From an uncultured Desulfobacter sp. (GTDB lineage Bacteria > Desulfobacterota > Desulfobacteria > Desulfobacterales > Desulfobacteraceae): DNA of 64,000 nt. Below the pieces are notes generated by a model. That model searched no databases and had not been told where the DNA came from. It worked only from the letters and a program-made list of their open reading frames with translations. This document shows positions 11,798-20,556 of this stretch, one piece after another. The translations under genes were made by a program, and so were the position numbers. The DNA lies in NCBI GenBank assembly GCA_963665095.1, contig OY762069.1, positions 2,016,001-2,080,000 of the forward strand. The letters run 5' to 3'. Position 1 is the stretch's first letter, and the number at the start of each line of letters is the position of its first letter.

Positions 11798-12118
11798 ATG
11801 GAAAAAAAAACAGACTCAGGACATCTGACCCATATCAGTGATATTTTGGGGCTTGCCCTAAAGAAATACAGGCCAGCCCAGGATACCCTGATCACGCAAA
11901 TCTGGGATATTTGGGATAGTGCCGTAGGTACCCCCATTGCCCTGAATGCCAAACCAGATACATTTAAAAACGGGCTGTTGTGTGTAAATGTCTCAAGTTC
12001 TGTATGGATTCACCAGCTCAAATTCCTTGAAAAAAATATGATTCACAACTTGAACGCCGGCCTTGAAACCCAGATGATTACCCATATACGGTTTAAAATT
12101 GGAAAAATACACGGTTGA
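11798..12118 (+). CDS. DUF721 / DciA-like protein
   Basis: IWDSAVGTPIA...GLLCVNVSSSVWIHQL pattern. Confidence 0.8.
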   Translation: MEKKTDSGHLTHISDILGLALKKYRPAQDTLITQIWDIWDSAVGTPIALNAKPDTFKNGLLCVNVSSSVWIHQLKFLEKNMIHNLNAGLETQMITHIRFKIGKIHG

Positions 12119-12824
12119 TCAGCTTTTTGAAGGTAGATTATCCCTGCGCCAACCCCAAAACGGTTACCGGTACAGCATGGACCCCTTTGTGCTGTGCAGT
12201 CATGTCCCCGTGCCCCGTGCCGGGAACCGCATCCTTGATATAGGATGTGGATGTGGCGTCATGCCGGCAGTTCTGGGCTTTTGCTATCCTGAGACGTTTA
12301 TCACCGGCATCGAAATTCAAAAAAGTTTAGCTAAGCTTGCACAAAAAAACATAATAACCAACCGGCTTGAAAACTGTGTGACAATTATTAACTCTGATAT
12401 AAAGATTTTAGATTCCAGATCAGCAGGCGGACTTTTTGATTTTGTGATCTCAAATCCCCCTTATAAAAAAAATAATACAGGCCGACTGAATCCCGATCAC
12501 AGCAAAGCGATTGCCCGCCATGAAATCTTACTGGACATCAATACCCTTGCCTGTAAATCTGCAGAGCTTCTCAAACATGAAGGCCGACTGATAATCATTT
12601 TTCCATTTGAACGCCTTTCAGACTTAGAGCATGCGGTTTTATCATATAACATTTTCCCAGAGTGGATACGGTTTGTTCATACGTCAAAGAAAGAAAATCC
12701 CAAACGGATTATTTTTTGCGGACAAAAAAACAGATCCGGATCTTGCCGTTTTCTTCAGCCCATTTTTTTAAATACAGGGGACGCTTATCCCTTGCATATA
12801 AAACCAGCCTGCATTAATCCTTGA
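12099..12824 (+). CDS. tRNA1(Val) m6A37 methyltransferase (TrmM/YfiC-like)
   Basis: QPQNGYRYSMD, LDIGCGCG (SAM motif), SNPPY, ARHE. Confidence 0.85.
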   Translation: MEKYTVDQLFEGRLSLRQPQNGYRYSMDPFVLCSHVPVPRAGNRILDIGCGCGVMPAVLGFCYPETFITGIEIQKSLAKLAQKNIITNRLENCVTIINSDIKILDSRSAGGLFDFVISNPPYKKNNTGRLNPDHSKAIARHEILLDINTLACKSAELLKHEGRLIIIFPFERLSDLEHAVLSYNIFPEWIRFVHTSKKENPKRIIFCGQKNRSGSCRFLQPIFLNTGDAYPLHIKPACINP

Positions 12825-12849
12825 CACTTCCGGAAAAAGATACTATTTT
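12821..12849 (+). promoter_or_regulatory. Putative sigma70 promoter of tRNA-Ser
   Basis: TTGACA (12821-26), 17-nt spacer, TATTTT (12844-49), 14 nt upstream of the tRNA. Confidence 0.65.
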
Positions 12850-12863
12850 GCCTGCGTCTGTTA

Positions 12864-12955
<92 letters not shown>

Positions 12956-12970
12956 CTGATAAAAATCTCA

Positions 12971-13003
12971 GGGTTTGGAATATTTTAAATCCAAGCCCTT
13001 TTC
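12971..13003 (+). terminator. Terminator after tRNA-Ser
   Basis: AGGGTTTGGA...TCCAAGCCCT followed by a T-rich tail. Confidence 0.65.
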
Positions 13004-13094
13004 TTCCACAGTCTTTCCGCAATTGGTATTTCAAATTAAAACCACCGAACCGCTAATTAGCAACCCTTCGCCCTGTTAGAAGGATATTGGCATT

Positions 13095-14468
13095 TCAGGT
13101 TAGATTCCCTTTTTTTAACGTTTTCATATACTTAAAAAAAGCTGCGCCCACCGTAGGACAAAAATGGGATCCAATTCCTTCCTGAATAATGTTCAAGGCT
13201 TTTTCAATGGGCATGCCATCGCGATAGGGCCGGTCACTTGTCAAGGCATCAAATACATCTGCAATGGCAATAATTCGTCCGACCAGGGGAATCTCCTCAC
13301 CTTTAAGGCCGTTGGGGTATCCGGTACCATCCCAGCGCTCGTGATGAGAGGATGCGGCAACCAGCACATCTTCCATATCGTGCAGCGGTTTAAGAATATC
13401 CTGAACAACAACCGTATGGGTCTGAATATGCTCAAATTCATCTTTGGTCAGTTTACCCGGTTTAAGCAGGACATTGTCCCGCACGCCGATCTTCCCTAAG
13501 TCATGAAGGCTGGCCGCTATCTGCAGACGATTCTTTTCCGTATCTGTAAATCCAAGTTCCTTGCCAATGGCAATGGACAGACGTGTTACAGCCTCAGAAT
13601 GCCCGCTGGTATATTTATCCCGGGCCTCCAGAGCATTAATCAGGCTGGTGATGGAACCTAAGGTTAATTTCTGCTCAAGAACCAGACGCTCTCTTTCCTC
13701 CAACATGCGCTGAAAATGATCGGACAACAGCTTTTCCATGGTTACAACAAGCATATCCACATTGAACGGTTTCACAATAAAAGCGGTCACCCCATCCCGG
13801 ATCAGGCGCCGCATCATGGGCTTGTCCCCCAGAGAACTCATAACCACGATGGGCAGAAATTTATACTTGTCAATGTTGAACAGTTTCCGGCACAACTCAT
13901 TTCCGTCCACCCGCGGCATATTCATGTCGGTAAGCAGGATATCCGGAGCAACCTCGTCAATTATATCAAGGGCATGCTGGCCGTCATCTGCCAGTGCCAC
14001 TTTGAAACCGGCATCTTCCAAACCCTGTTTGGTCACCATCTGAATGGTCTTACTGTCTTCCACCACAAGAATGGTCTTGTCCTTGACAAAAGTGCATTTG
14101 TTCATCACGCTTTCGATACGTGGGATGAGTTCTTTGTTGGCCAGTCGTTTTGGCACGTATGCGTCCGCGCCTACCCGGAAACCGTTTTCTATATCAACAT
14201 CGGTATCCAGAGAACTTAAAACAATTACCGGAGTATGCGCTGTTTCGGGATTTGATTTAATCCATTGGCAAAACTCCAAACCTGAGATGTTAGGCATATC
14301 AACATCCGTAATCACCAGGTCAAACTGCTCGTTCTTCATGGCTTCCTGCCCCTGCAGGGCGTCAGACGCCGTTACGGTGCTAATCCCGGCAGGACTCAGC
14401 AACGCTTTTACGGCAAAAAGAGCAGACCTGGAGTCATCGACAATCAGCACTTTCGCTTTCTTCATCAT
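13095..14468 (-). CDS. Response regulator with two REC domains and an HD-GYP c-di-GMP phosphodiesterase domain
   Basis: Two receiver domains (ITDVDMP, LTDMNMP); HDLGKIG and HHERWDGTGYP. Confidence 0.93.
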   Translation of the reverse strand: MMKKAKVLIVDDSRSALFAVKALLSPAGISTVTASDALQGQEAMKNEQFDLVITDVDMPNISGLEFCQWIKSNPETAHTPVIVLSSLDTDVDIENGFRVGADAYVPKRLANKELIPRIESVMNKCTFVKDKTILVVEDSKTIQMVTKQGLEDAGFKVALADDGQHALDIIDEVAPDILLTDMNMPRVDGNELCRKLFNIDKYKFLPIVVMSSLGDKPMMRRLIRDGVTAFIVKPFNVDMLVVTMEKLLSDHFQRMLEERERLVLEQKLTLGSITSLINALEARDKYTSGHSEAVTRLSIAIGKELGFTDTEKNRLQIAASLHDLGKIGVRDNVLLKPGKLTKDEFEHIQTHTVVVQDILKPLHDMEDVLVAASSHHERWDGTGYPNGLKGEEIPLVGRIIAIADVFDALTSDRPYRDGMPIEKALNIIQEGIGSHFCPTVGAAFFKYMKTLKKGNLT

Positions 14469-15105
14469 GCAGCCTCAATTGAAAAGTTTTCATTTATAAG
14501 ACAGCTTGATGTTCCTGTAGTGGCAATCCTTTACAGGAACATGACTGATTAACCACCTGTTAATAATGAGTTAAGGCTCATACCCTAACAATCAACAGCG
14601 TTTTAATCCAGAAACCATCGCGGTTCTAATCTCAGCAGTAACTGACGAAAAACAGATTTTATCCATTTGAAACATCTCTAAGGCAGTATCGCAAATGATT
14701 TTTGGAAACCACCTAATAAATCTATAAAGCAGTTATAGTTATATATTATCATAAATCTTTGAGAAATGTAAAAATTAAATGATATTTTTCAATGTACCCC
14801 AATAAAACTTCAATATAACCGGTTTGCAGAGTCTAAAAAGCAATGGGATTTTTCCCTGCAAGATGTGTGAAAATAAGGCACATTCTAAGTCATGCGACAT
14901 CCTTGGAGAATTATAGAATTCCCACAGTCATTCGCCGAAAAAAACCCATGAATAAGGCAGTTGACGACACCAGCCCCGGCAATATTTCGTCACCAGCAAC
15001 ATTACGATAAAAGCAGGCCGGCACCATCAATATTTGATGCGACGACTGATGTCAGATGACCTGCGCAAGCTTTCCTTATATTGCAGCGCTGGTATCCACA
15101 CTGAC

Positions 15106-17436
15106 TCATGCTTCCTTGAATTTACTGGCCAGGTCATTGTCGATAACGTAAATGCAAATCTCGTTGGCACCCTGCCCTGTATAACCGAATTTTTCCGTCA
15201 GGTTATCCATTAAAAATTTTACATCCCGCTTAATCCTTTTGTCATGTGCCTTAAAGTCATCCGTGTCAAAATCCTTAATGGCCCGTCTGAAATTCTCATT
15301 GGCAATAAAAGGCTCCAGTACTCGTTTTTTTAGGTTATGAACATATCGCTCATAAAGGGATTGAAACAGCCGGGTCTGTGAAATATCCTTGCCGTCAATC
15401 ATAATTTCATGAGACAGGGTGTGCCCGGTGTATTCTTTCAGTACATCATGCCGCATTCCCTGCCGCCTTTTAGCATCTGCATTTTCAGACAGCAGCCGAT
15501 TTTCAATACTTTCAAGAAAGACCTCGGTGACATGAATTTCTTCTTTCGTGAAAATACAGTTCACCACAGATCCGATCTCATTGGTCACAGCAGAAATATA
15601 ATTTTTAATATCTTTGCCTATCTGCTCTTCATTGTAATAATATAAAGACTCCTTTACCTGCTGAAGGATGGAATAATCATACATACGTAATATAGAGGAC
15701 AAAAAACCCTCAGGAATCATCTTCCGGGTGGATTCTTCAAGTTTATTAAAAAACGAACATAAATCCGGCATGCTGATCAGCCTGTCTTCCTGGGCATATT
15801 GGGAATAAAATCGGTCAAAAATTTTAATGGCATCCCGGCCGGAAAGACCCTGTTTCCCAAATTCTTCCGATTCAACAATGATTTTTTTCATCATCGCCTT
15901 ATCAAGCGCTTTTATGTCTTCATCGTCCAGCCATTTTGGAAGACTGCCGCTGAAAATCTCTATATTAAGCAGAATCAAGCTCTCATCACAAAAATTGATA
16001 TATTTTTTAGGGTTTTCTATCCATTGCCCAAGGGCAGGCGATTTTCTGCCGATCCGTGTGCAGATAATAATTCTTGCAAAATTCTCCAGCACCATGGGCA
16101 GAAAACTACCCTCAATATGGCGGCCGAAGATATTCAGATAAATTTTAACTTCAGTATTCACATCCAGAACATAGGGAATTTCAATATATTGGATACGATC
16201 CTCAAAGGAAGGAAAATCTTTCAGGTTGCGCTTGTCTTCCGGGTTCATGAGCGCAAAAAACAAGGCATCCACCCGTTCCTCAACATCCTCCACTTTATGA
16301 ATTCCCTCAGAGATAATATTGTGCAGTTCCACCATCCTTTCTATATTATGGGATTTAATATCCATGAGTGCGTAAATACCATTATGGATTTTGGCATAGG
16401 AGGAGTAAATATAGTTAACGACGTTGGAGTCTTGAAACAGGGCATTGAGACGCCCCTGGAGCATCTGATTGTGAATAACGTTGCGCTTCAGAGGCCTGTC
16501 GCCGGGATTGAACACAGAGATCCCGTTGCCCAGGCGCCGGTTAAAATAGTAAGGTCTTGCATAGAGCATGTCAAACACCCTGGTGGGATTACCCAAACGC
16601 TCCAGAAGGCTCTGGTAAATAGACGAACAGACCGTGCACACCTCCTCCTTGAACACCCATTCATACTGCTTCTCCGTAAACAATTTCCATTTAAACTCAT
16701 CGTTTTTAATCAGTTCATCCAGCACGTTTCTTCGCTGGTCCTTAGGGATTACAAGAAATGGGTTGTCATGGCACAGGCAGGGTACTTCAATATACTCGGG
16801 ATCAGGCCCTTCAAAGACGGGCAGGCCTTGACCGGCATCGGGCTCATCCTTTGCCGGGTCTCCGTCAATGTACTGAATAAGTTTTTCAAAAGACGACAAC
16901 CTAATTAAAGAATTCTCTTTGCTTTTTAACGCTTTGACATCCAGCCGCCAGACGACTTCGTACCTGAGGCCTTCTTCCGTGTTGGCGTATTGCTCAAATT
17001 TCTTTAACAGGTTATTCAGAAAGGTGGATTTTCCGCATCCATGTGGTCCGTAAAACACATATATCCGATTTTGCTGAGCACCATGGCGAAGATAGTCCAT
17101 CTGTCTCATCAACCGGTTGGCAAACAGCATGTCAGGGAAATACGGGGCGTCGGAATCCTCCATAAATAGTTTGGAGGTATCGTATTTGGTCACGGCCGGG
17201 TTATCAATTTCATTTTCGATCTCAGAAACATGGCTTTTTATCATGTCGTGGAAAGACTGGAATATATTTCTCAGAATCCGGCTAGGATTGGCATTAAGCA
17301 ACTCAAGAAACTGATGGAAGGATACTGGCTTAAGCCGCTGATAATCCCGGATATTCTGGTTTAAAAACTCAAGGGCCTGACCCACAGACTCCGCTGCATT
17401 CGGATTGACAGAACTGGTATTGGTATCCATGATCAT
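15106..17436 (-). CDS. Second, divergent PrkA-like AAA+ protein
   Basis: Walker A GPHGCGKST and PrkA-like layout. Start placed at the ATGA overlap with the spoVR stop; the ORF track extends it to 17493. Confidence 0.8.
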   Translation of the reverse strand: MIMDTNTSSVNPNAAESVGQALEFLNQNIRDYQRLKPVSFHQFLELLNANPSRILRNIFQSFHDMIKSHVSEIENEIDNPAVTKYDTSKLFMEDSDAPYFPDMLFANRLMRQMDYLRHGAQQNRIYVFYGPHGCGKSTFLNNLLKKFEQYANTEEGLRYEVVWRLDVKALKSKENSLIRLSSFEKLIQYIDGDPAKDEPDAGQGLPVFEGPDPEYIEVPCLCHDNPFLVIPKDQRRNVLDELIKNDEFKWKLFTEKQYEWVFKEEVCTVCSSIYQSLLERLGNPTRVFDMLYARPYYFNRRLGNGISVFNPGDRPLKRNVIHNQMLQGRLNALFQDSNVVNYIYSSYAKIHNGIYALMDIKSHNIERMVELHNIISEGIHKVEDVEERVDALFFALMNPEDKRNLKDFPSFEDRIQYIEIPYVLDVNTEVKIYLNIFGRHIEGSFLPMVLENFARIIICTRIGRKSPALGQWIENPKKYINFCDESLILLNIEIFSGSLPKWLDDEDIKALDKAMMKKIIVESEEFGKQGLSGRDAIKIFDRFYSQYAQEDRLISMPDLCSFFNKLEESTRKMIPEGFLSSILRMYDYSILQQVKESLYYYNEEQIGKDIKNYISAVTNEIGSVVNCIFTKEEIHVTEVFLESIENRLLSENADAKRRQGMRHDVLKEYTGHTLSHEIMIDGKDISQTRLFQSLYERYVHNLKKRVLEPFIANENFRRAIKDFDTDDFKAHDKRIKRDVKFLMDNLTEKFGYTGQGANEICIYVIDNDLASKFKEA

Positions 17437-19097
17437 GCCACCTCCCGCCTTTTCAGTTTCCGTTTCTCCATCACATAGCACACCCGCTTCCACTGAATTT
17501 CCACATCCTGCTTTAATTCATCTTTTACGCCTGACGCCCCTGCTGCAGGATCCCAGAAATTAATATTCGCCGCTGTGCCCTGCTCCGGGGCAACAGGCTC
17601 ACTGGTCTCAAGATGTACCGGCCCTCCCCATAAAAACTCCATGCCGATCATCGTATTTTCAATATAATCGGTTTTCAGCTGTTTGCCTTCAAATTCATGG
17701 ATCAGATAAAGCAGGCCATCCTTTGATCTTTTTTCATCCACATGAATGACTGGCGGATGGTACAGGGTATTGATTACCATCTTTTTGTAATCATCTGCTC
17801 TTTTTGATTTGATATAATACTGCCAGGTCATTCTTTCTTTATTAAACCGCTTTCCTGTGACAAACAACTTATATCTGTTTAGAAATTCCTGGTCCACAAA
17901 CCGGTTTATAAAGGTAAAATCATTCATGTTTTCCCTGACTTTGAAAATAAAGTCATGCCCGTTTTTAGGGGAGGTATCAAAGTGTTTCTTTTTTACCTCA
18001 TCTTTCAGCAGATAATAATCAAAAGAATAGCATCCCCTGTCCTGCATATCTTCAATATGCTCAAACAACCTTAACCCCAAGGCATAGGGATTGAGTCCCA
18101 CCTTTGGCAGTGATGTGACATACGCATTTATTTTGGCGAAATCCGCTTCATGCCCACGGATGCGCTCATCCTTCATAAACAGGTATTCATGCCAGTAGCT
18201 GGCCCATCCCTCATTCATGATCTTTGTGCGGATCTGAGGCTGAAAGTAAAGGGAGGTATTCCTGACAATCTGAATCACCGATTTCATCCACTGATTTTCC
18301 TGGGCGCGCAGAAATGGTGAATACTTGATGATATATTCCATAATGTCCAGAATGGGCTTCTCACGCTCTTTGCGCGCCCTTTTATACATTTGTTCAAATT
18401 CAGGATACTGGGAGATAACATCTTCAAAAAACTTTGTATTTTCCTTATTGCACCGGTTAAATCTGGCAATTTCTTTTAAGTAGCTGTTATGAGAGACCTT
18501 TTTAATTTTCTGCAAAAAAATATCAAAATAATAATCCTGGAGGGTCAACTTTGTTGCAGGGGTGGTCAAAGCACGGATATTAGCGTCCAGTTCCCTGTAA
18601 AACCCAACCAGGTTATCCATTCCCCTTGAAAACTCAATAACGTAGTCAACCCATCGCCGGCCTTTTTCACTTCGCAGCTGGGCAATCAGACGCTTATCAG
18701 CCAAAGCCTGACCCGTCAAATCAATATCCCAGGTATTGGCAAAAAAAAGATTATTTTGAAAAAAATCAATATGCCCCAGCACATGATAAAAAATCATTAC
18801 GTTAAGCCAGTCCGGATTGTTGTCATTATAGTAAGATATGGCCGGCCGGGTATTGATTACGGTTTCATAGGGATTGGAGGGGTAGGCCTCGTACATGCCT
18901 TTTCCGGAAAGCACCCGGACATCATGAACCCAGTAGTCGTACAGCGTAGGGATCATCACCTTGGGACTGAGTTCAATCATATCCCGGTTGGTCACAATAT
19001 ATTCAAGGGTTTCATCATCAAAAGTCAAACCTTCATCTCGGGCCCTGACTTTGCACTCTTCCATAATTTTTTTAACGTGCTGACTGACAAGTTCCAT
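17433..19097 (-). CDS. SpoVR/YcgB family protein
   Basis: YETVIN, HVLGHIDFF, PQIRTKIMNEGWASYWH, NPYALG. Confidence 0.95.
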   Translation of the reverse strand: MELVSQHVKKIMEECKVRARDEGLTFDDETLEYIVTNRDMIELSPKVMIPTLYDYWVHDVRVLSGKGMYEAYPSNPYETVINTRPAISYYNDNNPDWLNVMIFYHVLGHIDFFQNNLFFANTWDIDLTGQALADKRLIAQLRSEKGRRWVDYVIEFSRGMDNLVGFYRELDANIRALTTPATKLTLQDYYFDIFLQKIKKVSHNSYLKEIARFNRCNKENTKFFEDVISQYPEFEQMYKRARKEREKPILDIMEYIIKYSPFLRAQENQWMKSVIQIVRNTSLYFQPQIRTKIMNEGWASYWHEYLFMKDERIRGHEADFAKINAYVTSLPKVGLNPYALGLRLFEHIEDMQDRGCYSFDYYLLKDEVKKKHFDTSPKNGHDFIFKVRENMNDFTFINRFVDQEFLNRYKLFVTGKRFNKERMTWQYYIKSKRADDYKKMVINTLYHPPVIHVDEKRSKDGLLYLIHEFEGKQLKTDYIENTMIGMEFLWGGPVHLETSEPVAPEQGTAANINFWDPAAGASGVKDELKQDVEIQWKRVCYVMEKRKLKRREVA

Positions 19098-19126
19098 GCA
19101 GACCCTGCCTTTCTTTTATTTACGCA

Positions 19127-20305
19127 TTAGGAGATCAGATTTTTGATTCCCTGAATGATTCTTGAATCATCCACGTTTTCATTCATAACATCCAGCTTGA
19201 TATAGTCCTTATGCTTGTCAAGAATGCCGGACTTTCTTAAATATTTTTCAACTTCGGTCTGACCGGACCCGACATAGGAATGCTCAACAATGGTGATGCC
19301 GATGCGGGCCGCATAGCGTATCATTTTTTCGATCTGCTCAAGGGTTTTGTTACCGTCCCTGTCCCAGTCATCTCCATCCGTGCCATGAAAGACATAGATA
19401 TTGTAATCTCTGTCCAGACTCTCCTGCTCCACTATTTTATTCACCAGTTCAAACGCGGAAAAGACCTTGGTGCCGCCGGCCACCTTATAAGAATGATACT
19501 TATAAAAATCCGTTACTTCCCTGGCCTCAGTATCATGGAGGATAAACCGGGTTTCCACCTGGCGGTCATATTGATACATCAGCCAGGAATAGAGCATCAC
19601 ATGCTGGGACACGACGGTTTCAGTAACCTTGCCGCCCATGGACCCGGAATAGTCACGCAGGAAAAATACCAGGGCCTGGGATTCATACTCCTTTTCCCGG
19701 GATAAGATCCTGTAAACAAGGTCCCGGGGAGAGATGATGAACCGCCCCGGATCTATGTCAGAGACATCCGGGATCATACCCAAGGCAATGTTGGTTTGTA
19801 CAATCTGTTTCAATGTGGCCTTTTTGTCCAGAATCTGGCCCATACCCCGATGCTTGTCGGTCAGGTCGTAAATATACCGGGAAAGTGCCCGTTTTTTGCC
19901 TTTGTTCTGGAGATTGGGAAGCTGGAAATCCTGGGAAAGGACCTTGCCCAGTTCGTAGGCACTGGATTCAAACTCATGCTCTCCGCCCTGCCCTTCACCA
20001 GGCCCCTCACCGGATCCTTCTCCTTCCCCCTCTCCGTCTCCCTCCTCGGGGCGTACGGGCTGCTCTCCAATGATATCACCTTCCTCGCCGTCACCCGTGC
20101 CACTGGAAGGCTCGCCTTCACCGGTTTCCTGGTTAAACTTAGGTTCATCATGGACAAATTTTTCTTCCACCGTGGTGGGAACCACGATAATTTTATCCTT
20201 CTCCCCGGACCCGGGCTTAACAATCCGGCCAATGCGGATCTTGCGCTTAAACCCGTCCTCTTCCCGCTGCTTGTCCCGTTCCAAAAGTTCATCAAGGGTT
20301 ATCAT
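19127..20305 (-). CDS. DUF444 (YeaH/YhbH) vWA-domain protein
   Basis: MIDAS-like DYSGSM, GGTKV, HGTDGDDW, Gly/Glu-rich linker. Confidence 0.93.
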   Translation of the reverse strand: MITLDELLERDKQREEDGFKRKIRIGRIVKPGSGEKDKIIVVPTTVEEKFVHDEPKFNQETGEGEPSSGTGDGEEGDIIGEQPVRPEEGDGEGEGEGSGEGPGEGQGGEHEFESSAYELGKVLSQDFQLPNLQNKGKKRALSRYIYDLTDKHRGMGQILDKKATLKQIVQTNIALGMIPDVSDIDPGRFIISPRDLVYRILSREKEYESQALVFFLRDYSGSMGGKVTETVVSQHVMLYSWLMYQYDRQVETRFILHDTEAREVTDFYKYHSYKVAGGTKVFSAFELVNKIVEQESLDRDYNIYVFHGTDGDDWDRDGNKTLEQIEKMIRYAARIGITIVEHSYVGSGQTEVEKYLRKSGILDKHKDYIKLDVMNENVDDSRIIQGIKNLIS

Positions 20306-20433
20306 AGTCCCCCTTTACATTACAGCCTGTTGCCGTAAGAACTGTTTATTTAAATCTTTGAACAGGTAATCAACAAACAGTTAATCGTAGCACTGTTTCT
20401 TAATACCCTCCAAAAGGCAGCTAACATGCCTCA

Positions 20434-20552
20434 TTTGGACGAAAAATTGCCCAGATGCAAAGCCCAAAAAAGTTGCAACCGGAGCAACCTCCAGATCGTA
20501 AGGATTGCAGCTTTTTGCAGCAACGCAGCAGGTGAGTAATTTTTCATCCAAA
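20434..20552. repeat. 119-bp palindromic element with terminal inverted repeats (MITE/REP-like)
   Basis: TTTGGACGAAAAATT versus AATTTTTCATCCAAA (14/15 complementary); inner IR AAAAAGTTGCAA/TTGCAGCTTTTT; CA on both flanks. Confidence 0.7.
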
Positions 20553-20556
20553 CACA

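Noticed and set aside
12956..15105. Genomic island integrated at tRNA-Ser or tRNA-CAT
   Set aside because: No integrase, and I saw no duplicated tRNA 3' end in the window.
15799..16908. 369-aa antisense ORF, and likewise 47504-48388 and other antisense ORFs in the track
   Set aside because: They overlap well-supported genes on the opposite strand and have no protein features.
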